The notes beneath the pieces were generated by a model. It was not told the origin of the DNA. It saw only the letters and a list, made by a program, of their open reading frames with translations, and searched no databases. From contig JBFWRP010000036.1 of NCBI GenBank assembly GCA_050248855.1, forward strand, positions 1 to 44,246: a stretch of DNA of 44,246 nucleotides, given 5' to 3'. Made by a program: the position numbers and the translations under genes. Position 1 is the stretch's first letter. Every line of letters begins with the position of its first letter. The stretch is from Planctomycetota bacterium (GTDB lineage: Bacteria > Planctomycetota > PLA2 > JAEUHO01). Positions 9,139-18,583 of the stretch are shown piece by piece.

Positions 9139-9811
9139 GGCTCGCCGGCCGGCGCATCGCGAGCCCGGATGTGTCAGGACCCTTGCCGCGGCGCCGCACA
9201 GCGGCAACGTGGGCGAGGTGCCTGACACGCAGGGATCGCGGCTCGCCGGCCAGCGAACGTCGCACTTCGGTGTCTGGTCGCTCCACGCTCGTTCCGCGCT
9301 ACCGCGCGGACTCGGTGCTCCGGCTTCGCCTGCGCAGCAGGGGGGCTATTCCGTACCCCCCCTGCACCCCTCACGGGGATCGCGATTCGCCGGCCAGCGA
9401 ACGTCGCACTTCGGTGTCTGACACCGTGCCCCCGTCGCTTCGCTCCGAGGCACAGGTTCAGACACCTCCGCGCGCCTCGCGATTCGCCGGCCAGCGAACT
9501 GCGGTGTCAGAGCGAGCCCGGATGTGTCAGGACCCTCGCCGCGGCGCCGCAGAGCGGCAACGTGGGCGAGGTGCCTGACACGCAGGGATCGCGGTACGCC
9601 GGCCAGCGAACGTCGCACTTCGGTGTCTGACACCGTGCCCCCGTCGCTTCGCTCCGAGGCACAGGTTCAGACACCTCCGCGCGCCTCGCGGTACGCCGGC
9701 CGGCGAACGTCGCACTTCGGTGTCTGACACCGTGCCCCCGTCGCTTCGCTCCGAGGCACGGGTTCAGACACCTCCGCGCGCCTCGCGGTGCGCCGGCCGG
9801 CGGACGTCGCG
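9139..9811 (+). repeat. Modular REP/BIME-like cluster 2 (A-L-C-L-B-A-L-B-L-B)
   Basis: Same A/L/B/C modules fill the gap between convergent dgt and the DUF1579 gene. Confidence 0.9.
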
Positions 9812-9814
9812 CCG

Positions 9815-10426
9815 CTACTTCTTGCGGGTGTAGCTGGCGGTGAACATGGTCATCTCCTGACCTTGCCAGTCACCGTACATGGCGAACGTCATGTGGTCCG
9901 CATCGACGATCGTCGTGACCATGCGGAAGGGCATCTCCTGGTCACCGGGCATCGGCCAGGCACCGCTCATCTCGAGCGTCTTGCCGTCCGCGGAACGCTT
10001 CCCCTTGGCCACGCTGGGGGCCGTGCCCATCGTGTCGAACCAGTAGTTCTGGAACGCCTCGGACAGGTTGTCGTAGCCCGTGAGGCCGTGCCCCTCGTAC
10101 GGCTGGCCGTGGAACGAGCCCTTGATCGTCTGCTGTTGGAAGCGACCGCCGAGCACCATCTTGATGCTCGCCGACGCCTTGCTCTCCTCCATGGTGCCGG
10201 CGGGGGTCATGCTCGACGTGACCATGTCCCACTCGCCGACGGCCTGGGCCAGCCACTCGTGCATGGGGCCGGGCGTGGCGAGCCTCGTCATCTCGGCTTC
10301 CATGTCCGCCTCGGCCGCCGGGGCCGCGGGAGCCGAGCCGGGCTCGTCTTCACCGAATGCCGTACGACCGATCCAGCCGCCGGCGGCGGCAAGGACGACA
10401 ACGGCAGCAATCCAGAACGAACGCAT
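9815..10426 (-). CDS. Secreted DUF1579-family protein
   Basis: Signal peptide; PGPMHEWLAQAVGEW, LGGRF, EGHGLTGYDN, WFDTMGT; AAGGAGGAGG RBS. Confidence 0.85.
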   Translation of the reverse strand: MRSFWIAAVVVLAAAGGWIGRTAFGEDEPGSAPAAPAAEADMEAEMTRLATPGPMHEWLAQAVGEWDMVTSSMTPAGTMEESKASASIKMVLGGRFQQQTIKGSFHGQPYEGHGLTGYDNLSEAFQNYWFDTMGTAPSVAKGKRSADGKTLEMSGAWPMPGDQEMPFRMVTTIVDADHMTFAMYGDWQGQEMTMFTASYTRKK

Positions 10427-10527
10427 GGGACCTCCTCCTTGTGGGGGTGCGGGACGAAGGGCGGCAGTATCGCCGCCCGGCAAGCCGCGTGCAGGTCCGC
10501 GCCCAGGTCTGGCCGATAGGCCGTGGG

Positions 10528-11421
10528 ATGGACCGTCTCCGTGGCGCCCCCTCCACGTCGGCCTGCGGGTCCTGCGGCTACGCCCTGGGACCGGAGGACC
10601 CGGTCTGCGGACTCTGCGGGGCGCTGCCGGGGGTTCGCGCGCCCGCGCCGCGAACGGGCCCCTCGCCGCAGCGTCCCCCCGTCCTCGGGACGTGGTCGAC
10701 GCCGCAGCCACGGCCCGCCGCGGCGCCGCGTCAAGCGGTCTGGCTCACGCTGCTGGTCGGCTTCGCGTTGGCGCCCCTGTTCGCGGCGACGCCCCTGTTG
10801 CAGCGCATGGGCTGGTTCCTCGTCTCGCTCGTCCACGAGACGGGGCACGTGGCCATCTCCTGGTTCTTCGGACAAGCGGCCGTGCCGGCGATCCGACTCG
10901 ACGGCCACGCCGCCGCCGTCCATGGCGAGCAGGCGACGGTCTTCGTCGTGGCCATCACCGCGGGGCTCGTGTGGCTGACCTGGGCGCTACGACGCCAGCG
11001 GGTGCTCTGCGCCGTCGTCGGCGTCGTCACGCTGCTCTACCCCTGGCTGGCCCTGGGCCGCGCCAAGGAAGTGCTGTTCCTGCTCGGCGGCCACCTGGGC
11101 GAGATCGCGTTCGGCAGCGTGTTCCTCTGGCGGGCGCGGGGCGACGGCTTCACGGGCTCGCGCGCGGAGCGGATCACGTACGCCGCGACGGGTGCGTACC
11201 TCGTCGGACAGACCATGGTGCTCTGCGTCGGGCTCATGACGAGCCATGCGGCGCGGGCGAAGTACGCGAGCAACGGCTCGTTCGGCCTGACGAACGACCT
11301 GCTGCGTCTGGCGCACGACCACCTGCTCAAGCCCTTGCCCTTCGTGGCGGGCATCGTGCTGGTGGTGGCGATCGCAGGCGCCACGTTCGCGCTGTTCTGG
11401 CCGCGGAAGGCGGAGGCGTAG
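10528..11421 (+). CDS. Zinc-ribbon + M50B-like intramembrane metallopeptidase
   Basis: CGSC...CGLC at the N-terminus, Pro-rich linker, HETGH (HExxH) in a TM helix, several further TM segments. Confidence 0.7.
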   Translation: MDRLRGAPSTSACGSCGYALGPEDPVCGLCGALPGVRAPAPRTGPSPQRPPVLGTWSTPQPRPAAAPRQAVWLTLLVGFALAPLFAATPLLQRMGWFLVSLVHETGHVAISWFFGQAAVPAIRLDGHAAAVHGEQATVFVVAITAGLVWLTWALRRQRVLCAVVGVVTLLYPWLALGRAKEVLFLLGGHLGEIAFGSVFLWRARGDGFTGSRAERITYAATGAYLVGQTMVLCVGLMTSHAARAKYASNGSFGLTNDLLRLAHDHLLKPLPFVAGIVLVVAIAGATFALFWPRKAEA

Positions 11422-11454
11422 TACGCCGGGGAGCTGCGGAGGCGGCGCCCCCCC

Positions 11455-11488
11455 GTACGGAGTCGGGTGGGATTCCACCCGACTCCGT
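11455..11488. repeat. Collapsed TACGG-family hairpin between convergent genes (possible bidirectional terminator)
   Basis: Perfect 14-bp stem ACGGAGTCGGGTGG-GATT-CCACCCGACTCCGT. Confidence 0.8.
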
Positions 11489-11503
11489 CGTGCCGTGTTG
11501 CGA

Positions 11504-13213
11504 TCACTTGCGCGACACGTCGATCTCGACCTCGACGGTCTCGCCAGGTTCGGCGCGGAAGGAGGTTGGCCGCGCCTCGAGCTGGTCGCTGCTCACGATG
11601 ACCTCGTAGACGCCCTTGCCGAGGCCCGTGAACACGTCGCCGCCCTCTTGGCCCCCGACCGGGGCCTGCGTCGCGTCGCCGCGGACGCCGTCGCGGAACA
11701 CGGGAATGGCGCGGCCGCTCTCGTAGATGCGGAACGGCACCGTCATGGCCTCCGTGGCCCGGAAGATCACGCGCACCTTGGCCGCCGCCTCGAGCGTGAC
11801 CTCGGTCGCCGGGGAGTCAAACGTCGTGGCCTCGACCTCCACGCTGGCGGGCGCGTAGCTCGGCGAACGCACGACGATGCGGTAGCGCCCTTCCGGCACG
11901 CTGCGCAGCACGAGCTCGTCGGCGCCCTCCACGACGGCACCCGCCGGCAGCTCGCTGCCGCTCAACATGACCAGCTCGAGGCTCGCGCCCAGGCTGCCGT
12001 ACGTGACGACCTGGCCGCTCTCGTCGCGGAACGCGACGCGCGCCTGCGCCGAGCCCAACGTGGCCACGAGCGGCACGCGCACGGTCGTGCTGCCTCCCTC
12101 GACGGGCAAGTCCACCGGGTCGCTGGTCCACGGGGCGTGCTTCTCGGCTTTCACCGTGAACGTGACCGTGCGACCACGACAGGGCACGGGCACGGGCTGG
12201 TACGTCCACACGCCCGGGAGCTTGCCGTCCTCGCCGACGTCGATGCGCGCGCGAAGCAGCGTCAGGCCCGTCTCCGGCTGGGGTGCGTCGGTGCGGAACT
12301 CCACGGAGGGATGCACGGGCTCGACGGCGTCCGACGGCGCCAGCTCGAACGTGACATGGAGCGCCGCGGCCAGCTCGAAGGCGAGCGGCCCGCTGGTCGC
12401 CGGGTCGACCGGACCGAGCTCCGCGGGCAGGTGCGAGGGGTGCTCGCAGCGAACGAGGACGTTGCCCGGCGCCAGCGCACCGAGGCGGAACGACCCGTCC
12501 TCGCGGCTCGTGGCCACGGCCACGTGACGCAGCGACGGGCGCGTCCCCGGCGCCGGACGCGCCACGAGGCGGGCGCCCACGAGCGGACGCCCACGCGGAC
12601 CACGCACCGTGCCCGTCAGCTCGAGGCCCGCCTCCATGCGCAGGACGACGTTCTCGCCGGCTACGCGCGGGCCGTTCATGGCCGCGAGCCGACCGGTCGC
12701 CAAGGCGAACACGTCCACGTGCGTGACGCCGTCGGGCGCCTCGAGGATGCGGAAGCGCCCGTCCGCGTCGGAGAAGGCCCCGACGAGGCGACCGTCCAGG
12801 CCCAGCGCCGAGCCGGGACCCGGCGGCTTGTCGGTCTCGGCGTCGTACAGGCCCAGGTGCCGGGGAAGGCGATCCAACGGCTCGGCCGCAGCCTCGACCC
12901 AGACGTGCGCGCCGGCGATCGGCGAGCCCTCGTCGGCATCCACCACGAGCCCGGTCAGGAACGGCGGCGCCTCGCCCTCGGGGCCGACGGCGGGCGGGCG
13001 GGCCGGCGGGGGCGAGGCGGCGTCCGCGTCGCGGGGCGGCGCGGGGCGCATGGGCGTGCCGTGCAGCGTGGCCCCGCGTCCGTCGCCGAGGAGCTCGGCC
13101 TCCGACTCCTGGACATCGTCGCTGTGCACGCCCTCGTCGCGCAGGAGCAGCCAGCCGGCGATCGCGGCCCCCAGCACCGCGAGCACGAGGAGGAGGCCGC
13201 GCACGGGGCCCAT
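11504..13213 (-). CDS. Membrane-anchored carboxypeptidase-regulatory-like (beta-sandwich repeat) protein
   Basis: N-terminal TM; repeats LTGLVVDADEGSPIAGAHV...SDADGRF and LTGTVRGPRGRPLVGARL...EDGSFRLGALAPG. Confidence 0.75.
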   Translation of the reverse strand: MGPVRGLLLVLAVLGAAIAGWLLLRDEGVHSDDVQESEAELLGDGRGATLHGTPMRPAPPRDADAASPPPARPPAVGPEGEAPPFLTGLVVDADEGSPIAGAHVWVEAAAEPLDRLPRHLGLYDAETDKPPGPGSALGLDGRLVGAFSDADGRFRILEAPDGVTHVDVFALATGRLAAMNGPRVAGENVVLRMEAGLELTGTVRGPRGRPLVGARLVARPAPGTRPSLRHVAVATSREDGSFRLGALAPGNVLVRCEHPSHLPAELGPVDPATSGPLAFELAAALHVTFELAPSDAVEPVHPSVEFRTDAPQPETGLTLLRARIDVGEDGKLPGVWTYQPVPVPCRGRTVTFTVKAEKHAPWTSDPVDLPVEGGSTTVRVPLVATLGSAQARVAFRDESGQVVTYGSLGASLELVMLSGSELPAGAVVEGADELVLRSVPEGRYRIVVRSPSYAPASVEVEATTFDSPATEVTLEAAAKVRVIFRATEAMTVPFRIYESGRAIPVFRDGVRGDATQAPVGGQEGGDVFTGLGKGVYEVIVSSDQLEARPTSFRAEPGETVEVEIDVSRK

Positions 13214-13250
13214 CCTACCGCGGCGCTCTCCCGCCCGACGGGCGCGGCTG

Positions 13251-13364
13251 CTCCGTACGGAGTCGTCCGTACGGTGTCGGGTGAGATTCCATCCTCGGGC
13301 CGCGACGCATGTCCGCCGCCGCTCGCACCCGGCAGCCCGAAGCTGGAATCTCACCCGACTCCGT
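13251..13364. repeat. TACGG-family REPIN-like doublet
   Basis: 30-bp inverted arms at 13271-13300 and 13335-13364 (27/30 match), preceded by palindrome CTCCGTACGGAG. Confidence 0.8.
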
Positions 13365-14178
13365 TGCCGCGGCGAATGACCGCGCACAGCGCATCGAGGC
13401 CGTCGGTCAGCGCGGCGGGACCGGGCTGCAGGATGAGCTCGGACGCGATCTCGTGGACGCGGGAGGCGTCCGCGGCGGGCAGCGCCTCCCAGCCGGGACG
13501 CTGCGCGAAGTGGTCCCGCTCGACGGGCTTCCCGCACCACGACGCCACGATCACGTCGGGACGGCGCGCCAGCACCTCGTCGGCCGTCACCGCCCGCTCG
13601 CGCGCCGCGCGACCCGCGGAACGCTCCGCGAAGATGTCCTCGCCGCCCGCCACGGCGATCAGCTCGCTCACCCAGCGGATGCACGTGAGCATCGGATCGG
13701 GCCACTCCTCGAAGTACACGCGTGGGCGCACGGCGCCCGCCGGCGTGCGCGCGGCGATCGCCTCGAGGCGCGCTTCGTAGCCGGCGACCAGCTCTTCGGC
13801 CCGTGTGGCCTCCCCCACGATCCGCCCCAGCATCAGCACGACGTCGAGGATCTCGGCGATCGAGCGCGGGTTCGTGACGAGCACCGCGAGCTGGCGCTTG
13901 ACCAGCTCGCGGGCCAGCTCGGCCTGCACGTCGCTGAAGCCCACGACGAGATCCGGCTCGAGCGCGAGGATCCTCTCCACGTTGGCGCCGGTGAACGCCG
14001 ACACGATCGGATGCCGCTCGCGGGCCTCGGGTGGCCGGCACGTCCACGCGCTGATGCCGACGATGCGCTCGCCCTGGCCCAGGGCGTAGAGGATCTCGGT
14101 CGTCTCCTCCGTGAGGCAGACGATGCGACGCGGCGGGTCCCCGCGCAGCCGCAGCGTCGCGAGGTCGGGCCCGCTCAC
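13351..14178 (-). CDS. BtuF-like cobalamin/siderophore-binding protein without signal peptide
   Basis: RIVCLTEETTEILYALG, ERILALEPDLV, RPRVYFEEW, ILQPGP; GTG overlaps the upstream TGA. Confidence 0.85.
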   Translation of the reverse strand: MSGPDLATLRLRGDPPRRIVCLTEETTEILYALGQGERIVGISAWTCRPPEARERHPIVSAFTGANVERILALEPDLVVGFSDVQAELARELVKRQLAVLVTNPRSIAEILDVVLMLGRIVGEATRAEELVAGYEARLEAIAARTPAGAVRPRVYFEEWPDPMLTCIRWVSELIAVAGGEDIFAERSAGRAARERAVTADEVLARRPDVIVASWCGKPVERDHFAQRPGWEALPAADASRVHEIASELILQPGPAALTDGLDALCAVIRRGNGVG

Positions 14179-15242
14179 GCGAAGCGCAGGCTGTAGACGG
14201 GCGGCAAGCTGGTGGACACCGTGCTCCACGTCACGCCGCCGTCCTCGCTGACGTAGAGGTTGCCCGACGTCGTGGCCAGCGCCAGCGTCTCGCCGTCGGC
14301 GCCGACGTCGAGGCCGTGGCGGAAGGGGAAGTCGTAGGCCGGTGCGGGGAACCCGTCGCGGAAGATCTCCCACCTGGACCCGCCGTCGTCCGTGCGCGCC
14401 ACGGCGAGCCGGCCGTCCACCGTGGTCCGGTGCTCGTCGCCCTTCATGGGAACCAGCCAGGCCCGATCGTGGTTGGCGGGATGCACGGCCACGGCGAAGC
14501 CGAAGTCGATCCACGGCTTCTGCGTGAGGTTCTTCCACGTGGCGGCGCCGTCGTCGGACTTGAACACGCCGCAGTGGTTGGCCTGCCAGAGGACCTCCGG
14601 CTTGGACGGCGCCAGCACGACGCAATGCGGGTCGTGGCCGAAGTCCGTGGTGCTCCCCGGATCGAACACGTTGATCAGGCCCTTGTTGACGTAGGCCCAC
14701 GACGCACCGCCGTCCTTCGTCTCCAGGACGCCTGCGCACGAGATGCCGACGTACGCATGGTTCGCATCGCGCGGGTCGAAGCAGATCGAGTGGATGCCGG
14801 CCTCGCCGCGGCCCCCGCCTTGCCAGGCGTGCTCCTTGCGCAGGGCCCAGAGGGCCTCGTCGAGCGTCCACGTCGCGCCCCCGTCCGCGCTCCGGAAGAG
14901 CCCGCCGGGGTCGGTGCCGATCCACACGTGGCCGGGACGGTCGGCGGGCCCCGGCTGGATCACCCAGTAGTACTTGGCGCTGGCCCCCGTGTGCTCCGGG
15001 TACGTCGGCGGCGCGGCCTGCTCGAACGTCGCGCCGTCGTCGTCCGAGCGCGCCAGCTTGGCGCCCCAGTGGCCGTGGTCGAGCGAGGCCCACACCTGGT
15101 TCGTGCGGGCGTCGTGCACGGCGCAGGCCACCACCTGGCCCAGCAGCCTGGGCTCGCCCAGGGTCCAGACGCCGTCGCGACGCCGGACGTCGAAGAGCCC
15201 CTTGCGCGTGCCCAGCAGGAAGCGGTCGTTCGTGGTGGCCAT
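14175..15242 (-). CDS. BNR/Asp-box beta-propeller (sialidase-like) protein, no signal peptide
   Basis: Repeated Asp-boxes SDDDGATF, SADGGATW, TKDGGASW, SDDGAATW, TDDGGSRW, SEDGGVTW. Confidence 0.85.
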   Translation of the reverse strand: MATTNDRFLLGTRKGLFDVRRRDGVWTLGEPRLLGQVVACAVHDARTNQVWASLDHGHWGAKLARSDDDGATFEQAAPPTYPEHTGASAKYYWVIQPGPADRPGHVWIGTDPGGLFRSADGGATWTLDEALWALRKEHAWQGGGRGEAGIHSICFDPRDANHAYVGISCAGVLETKDGGASWAYVNKGLINVFDPGSTTDFGHDPHCVVLAPSKPEVLWQANHCGVFKSDDGAATWKNLTQKPWIDFGFAVAVHPANHDRAWLVPMKGDEHRTTVDGRLAVARTDDGGSRWEIFRDGFPAPAYDFPFRHGLDVGADGETLALATTSGNLYVSEDGGVTWSTVSTSLPPVYSLRFA

Positions 15243-15254
15243 CGTCGTGTCTCC

Positions 15255-15527
15255 CTACCCGCCGGAAAGCGCCTGCATGACGTGGACGACGGCGCCGGCC
15301 CGGAGCGGGTCCCCGAATCGCGAGCGGTCCAGGAGGCGGTCGCCGTCCACCCAGATCGCCACGTTCTCGCGGAGTGCGCCGCGCTCGTCCACCACGTAGA
15401 ACGCCAACCCGGGCCAGAGGTCATCGAGCCGCTGCACCATCTCGGGCAGCGTCGATGCCTCCACCTGCACCTCGTCGGGGACCGGGAAGAATCGCTTGAG
15501 GTGCGGAGTCAGGCGGACCGTCAGCAT
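15255..15527 (-). CDS. MoaD/ThiS-family ubiquitin-like protein
   Basis: 90 aa, beta-grasp pattern, C-terminal QALSGG. Confidence 0.9.
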   Translation of the reverse strand: MLTVRLTPHLKRFFPVPDEVQVEASTLPEMVQRLDDLWPGLAFYVVDERGALRENVAIWVDGDRLLDRSRFGDPLRAGAVVHVMQALSGG

Positions 15528-15548
15528 GCCTCGCCCCCGTGGACGCGG

Positions 15549-17228
15549 TCAGTCTTCGCGACGCGGCCCACCCGGGAGGAAGGGCCCGACGAGCAGCGCC
15601 AGCAGCACGAATGCACCCAACGCCCACGGCAGGCGATGGCCGTAGCGGACGAAGAGCGTGCGGCCGCGGTCGACCAGCGGCACGGGACGCACGAGCGTGC
15701 CCTCCTTGCCGACACCCAGGCTCTCCACGACGTCGCCGGACGCCGTGACGAACGCGCTGATCCCCGTGTTGGTCGCGCGCACGAGCGGCGCCGCGTGCTC
15801 GACCGCCCGGAAGCGCGTGAAGTTCAAGTGCTGGTGCGGCTCCCACGTGTCGCCGAACCACGAGTCGTTCGTGAGGCTGACGAGGAGATCGGGGACCTCC
15901 GTGCCGGCCGTGTCCAGGACGTGGTCGGGGAGGATCCCCTCGTAGCAGAGGAACGGCACCACGCGCCGACCCTGCCACACCAGGGCCTCCGACGGCGTGG
16001 GCGACGGGCGCATCAAGAAGCCCTGCGGCAACATCGACTCGGGCAGCCCGAGCGGCATGGTCTCGCCGAAGGGAATCAGGTAGGTCTTGCGGTAGACGCC
16101 CCACGCCGGGCCCGCCTCGCCCTTCGGGCGCAGCGCCGCCACGTTGTAGCGCTGGTCGTTCGCCTGCAGGTGGCGTGCGACGTCGCGCGCCCCCGTCGAC
16201 GGCACGGCGCCGGGCGCGACGACCTTCTGCTCGTAGGCACCGACGAGGAAGGTGGCGTGCTGTCCCAGGTCCTCCAGGAAGTCCCACCCGTAGCGTCCCA
16301 AGGACCCGCGTGTGACCTTGGCATCGAACTTGGGCTCCAGGATGCGGATCGGGTCGGTGATGGCCGTTTCGGGCCACACCACCAGCTCGGCGCCCTGGTC
16401 GATCGCGACTTGGCTGCCGCGCTTGTAGGCCTCGATCGTGGCCGCGTGCTTGTCGCGCTGCCCGCGCTCGGCGCCGCGCTTGTCGCCTGCGCCGATGTCG
16501 GGCTGGACGATCCCCACGACGACGCGCTCGGTCGCGCGTTCGTCTTGCTCGCGCAGCTGCTCCCAGCGCACGTGGCCGTAGCCGAACAACGCCGCTCCCA
16601 CCACGAACGTGAAGGTGGCGGCCTTGACGCGGGCGCGGGCCGCGTCGGCGCCCAGGCTGGCCCACATCTCGTGCACGGGCACGATCAACGCGAGCAGCAC
16701 GAACGACACGCCGGGCACGCCACCCCAGCTGGCGCTCTGGAGCAGCGGCGGCGCGTTGACGGCGCCATGCCCCGCCATCCAGGGGAAGAGACGGATGGGC
16801 AGCGACTCGCACGCCACGAACAGCGCGACGGTCACCAGGGGATGAGGGCGCTTCGGTTGGCGCAGCAGCGCGCGGTAGACGACGGCGAACACGAGGAGGT
16901 GCACGGTGCCCACGACGCCGAACAGCGCGGCCAGCGCCCACGAGCCCGCCGTGCCGACACGCCCGCCGCTGAACTGCTCGACCGTGGGAGCCAGCCAGCG
17001 GTAGCCGTAGCCGATGCCCAGCGCGCCGAAGAGCGCGATCAGGCCGACGAGGTTGCGGAAGCGCTGGCAGCGCTCCATCACGCGCAGCATGCCGAAGACG
17101 CCAGGCACGGTCGCCAGCACCCACGGGTCGGGCATGAACGCGGCGACCCAGGCCAGCGCGAGCAGCGCCCAGAGCAACGTGCCCACGCCCGCCGCGGGAC
17201 GCGTGCCGAGGGCAGCAGGCTGGACCAT
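15549..17228 (-). CDS. lnt: Apolipoprotein N-acyltransferase
   Basis: TM N-terminal domain; nitrilase motifs VWPE, YRKTYLIPFGE, LCYE, TNDSWFG, RAVE, RATNTGIS. Confidence 0.92.
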   Translation of the reverse strand: MVQPAALGTRPAAGVGTLLWALLALAWVAAFMPDPWVLATVPGVFGMLRVMERCQRFRNLVGLIALFGALGIGYGYRWLAPTVEQFSGGRVGTAGSWALAALFGVVGTVHLLVFAVVYRALLRQPKRPHPLVTVALFVACESLPIRLFPWMAGHGAVNAPPLLQSASWGGVPGVSFVLLALIVPVHEMWASLGADAARARVKAATFTFVVGAALFGYGHVRWEQLREQDERATERVVVGIVQPDIGAGDKRGAERGQRDKHAATIEAYKRGSQVAIDQGAELVVWPETAITDPIRILEPKFDAKVTRGSLGRYGWDFLEDLGQHATFLVGAYEQKVVAPGAVPSTGARDVARHLQANDQRYNVAALRPKGEAGPAWGVYRKTYLIPFGETMPLGLPESMLPQGFLMRPSPTPSEALVWQGRRVVPFLCYEGILPDHVLDTAGTEVPDLLVSLTNDSWFGDTWEPHQHLNFTRFRAVEHAAPLVRATNTGISAFVTASGDVVESLGVGKEGTLVRPVPLVDRGRTLFVRYGHRLPWALGAFVLLALLVGPFLPGGPRRED

Positions 17229-17232
17229 GTCG

Positions 17233-18462
17233 CTACGCTCCGTACTTGACGAGCTTGCCGGCGTTGGCGAGTGCGAGTCGCAGCAGCGCCGTCGCGGGCA
17301 AGCGGGCTCCGAGGCGACCGCGCTGGCAGGCCTCCTCGTCGAAGGTCGTCTCGGCGTCCGGCTCGCACCAGGGGCCGTGGAGCATCGTGGGCACGCCGTG
17401 CCAGCTGTGGGCGCGCATGGGCGCAGGCGTGGCGTGGTCACCGGTCACGACGATCACGTCGGGCTCGAGCGCCAGGATCCGCGGCAGCTGCTCGTCGACT
17501 TCCTCGATGACCTGGGCCTTGCGCGCAAGATCCCCGTCTTCCCCCGCGCTGTCGGTGCCCTTCACGTGCAGGAAGTAGAAGTCGTACTCGTCGCCCCACA
17601 CGTCGACGAGCGCATCGACCTCTTCCCGCACGGGACAGCCCGGGTCGATCGTGTCCAGGATGTCCATGCCCAGGAGCCGGGCCACGCCGCGGTACGCCGG
17701 GTACGCGGCGATCGCGACACCCGAGAGCTTGGCCAGCTCCTGGTAGGTGAGGATGTCCGGTCGCGCAGCGAAGCCTCGCAGCAGCACCGCGTTGGCCACG
17801 TCGCGACCGCGCAGCACGTCTTGCGCCAGCTGCGTGATCTGGTCGGCCACGCTGGCCGTGCGCGCCGCGGCCCCGTTGCGCGCATAGGCCGAGAGGATCG
17901 GCCGACCGATCTCGCCCGAGTCCGTGTCGTCCACGTCGGGCCCGAGCTCGGGCCCGCGCAGCACGACCGCGAAGCGATGCTGGAGCCCGGCGTGGAACTC
18001 GAGCATCACGTCGTCGACCGCGGGAATGGCTTCGGCCAGCTGGCGGATCAGCGGACGCGCCGCCGCGGTGGCGATGCGTCCTGCCCTGCGATCGACCACG
18101 CGGCCCTCGGCATCCACCGTGCACAGGTTGCCGCGGATGGCGACGTCTCCGGGGCCGACGTCCGCGCCGACACCGAGCGCCTCGAGCAGCCCCCGGCCCA
18201 CGTCCACCGTGAGCGGGTCGTAGCCGAAGAGGGCCAAGTGGCCTGGACCGCTCCCCGGCGTGATGCCGTCGAGCACCTGGATCGTGCGACCCAACGCGCT
18301 CCGGGCGGCCAACGCATCCAGGTGGGGGTGCTGGCTGGCCTGGAGAGCCGTCGGGCCTCTGCCCAGACAGCCGCCGAGCCCGTCCATCACCAGGAACAGG
18401 ATGCGGGTGGGCGTCTTGCGCGCGAGGCGCGGCAGGACGGTGAAGTTGAGCGGTCCCTCCAT
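17233..18462 (-). CDS. apgM: 2,3-bisphosphoglycerate-independent phosphoglycerate mutase (archaeal-type)
   Basis: MDGLG, PGSGPGHLALFGYDP, GRGLLEALG, DRRAGRI, HVKGTDSAGEDG, TGDHATP, HSWH. Confidence 0.92.
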   Translation of the reverse strand: MEGPLNFTVLPRLARKTPTRILFLVMDGLGGCLGRGPTALQASQHPHLDALAARSALGRTIQVLDGITPGSGPGHLALFGYDPLTVDVGRGLLEALGVGADVGPGDVAIRGNLCTVDAEGRVVDRRAGRIATAAARPLIRQLAEAIPAVDDVMLEFHAGLQHRFAVVLRGPELGPDVDDTDSGEIGRPILSAYARNGAAARTASVADQITQLAQDVLRGRDVANAVLLRGFAARPDILTYQELAKLSGVAIAAYPAYRGVARLLGMDILDTIDPGCPVREEVDALVDVWGDEYDFYFLHVKGTDSAGEDGDLARKAQVIEEVDEQLPRILALEPDVIVVTGDHATPAPMRAHSWHGVPTMLHGPWCEPDAETTFDEEACQRGRLGARLPATALLRLALANAGKLVKYGA

Positions 18463-18583
18463 GCGGGGAAGGGTACGGACGGCGCCGCGTGCGGCCCACC
18501 CCCCGCCCGACCCCGGTTCCTCGCCCGGGGGCCGACCTGGTCAAGGCGCGGCGAAGGGCGGGTCGATAGAAGGGTCCCCCCCC

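Noticed and set aside
9171..9730. Recurrent small ORFs (MSGPLPRRR..., MSDTEVRRS..., MGKVPDTQG...) here and in the other clusters
   Set aside because: Translations of the non-coding repeat modules; open in several frames on both strands with no RBS.
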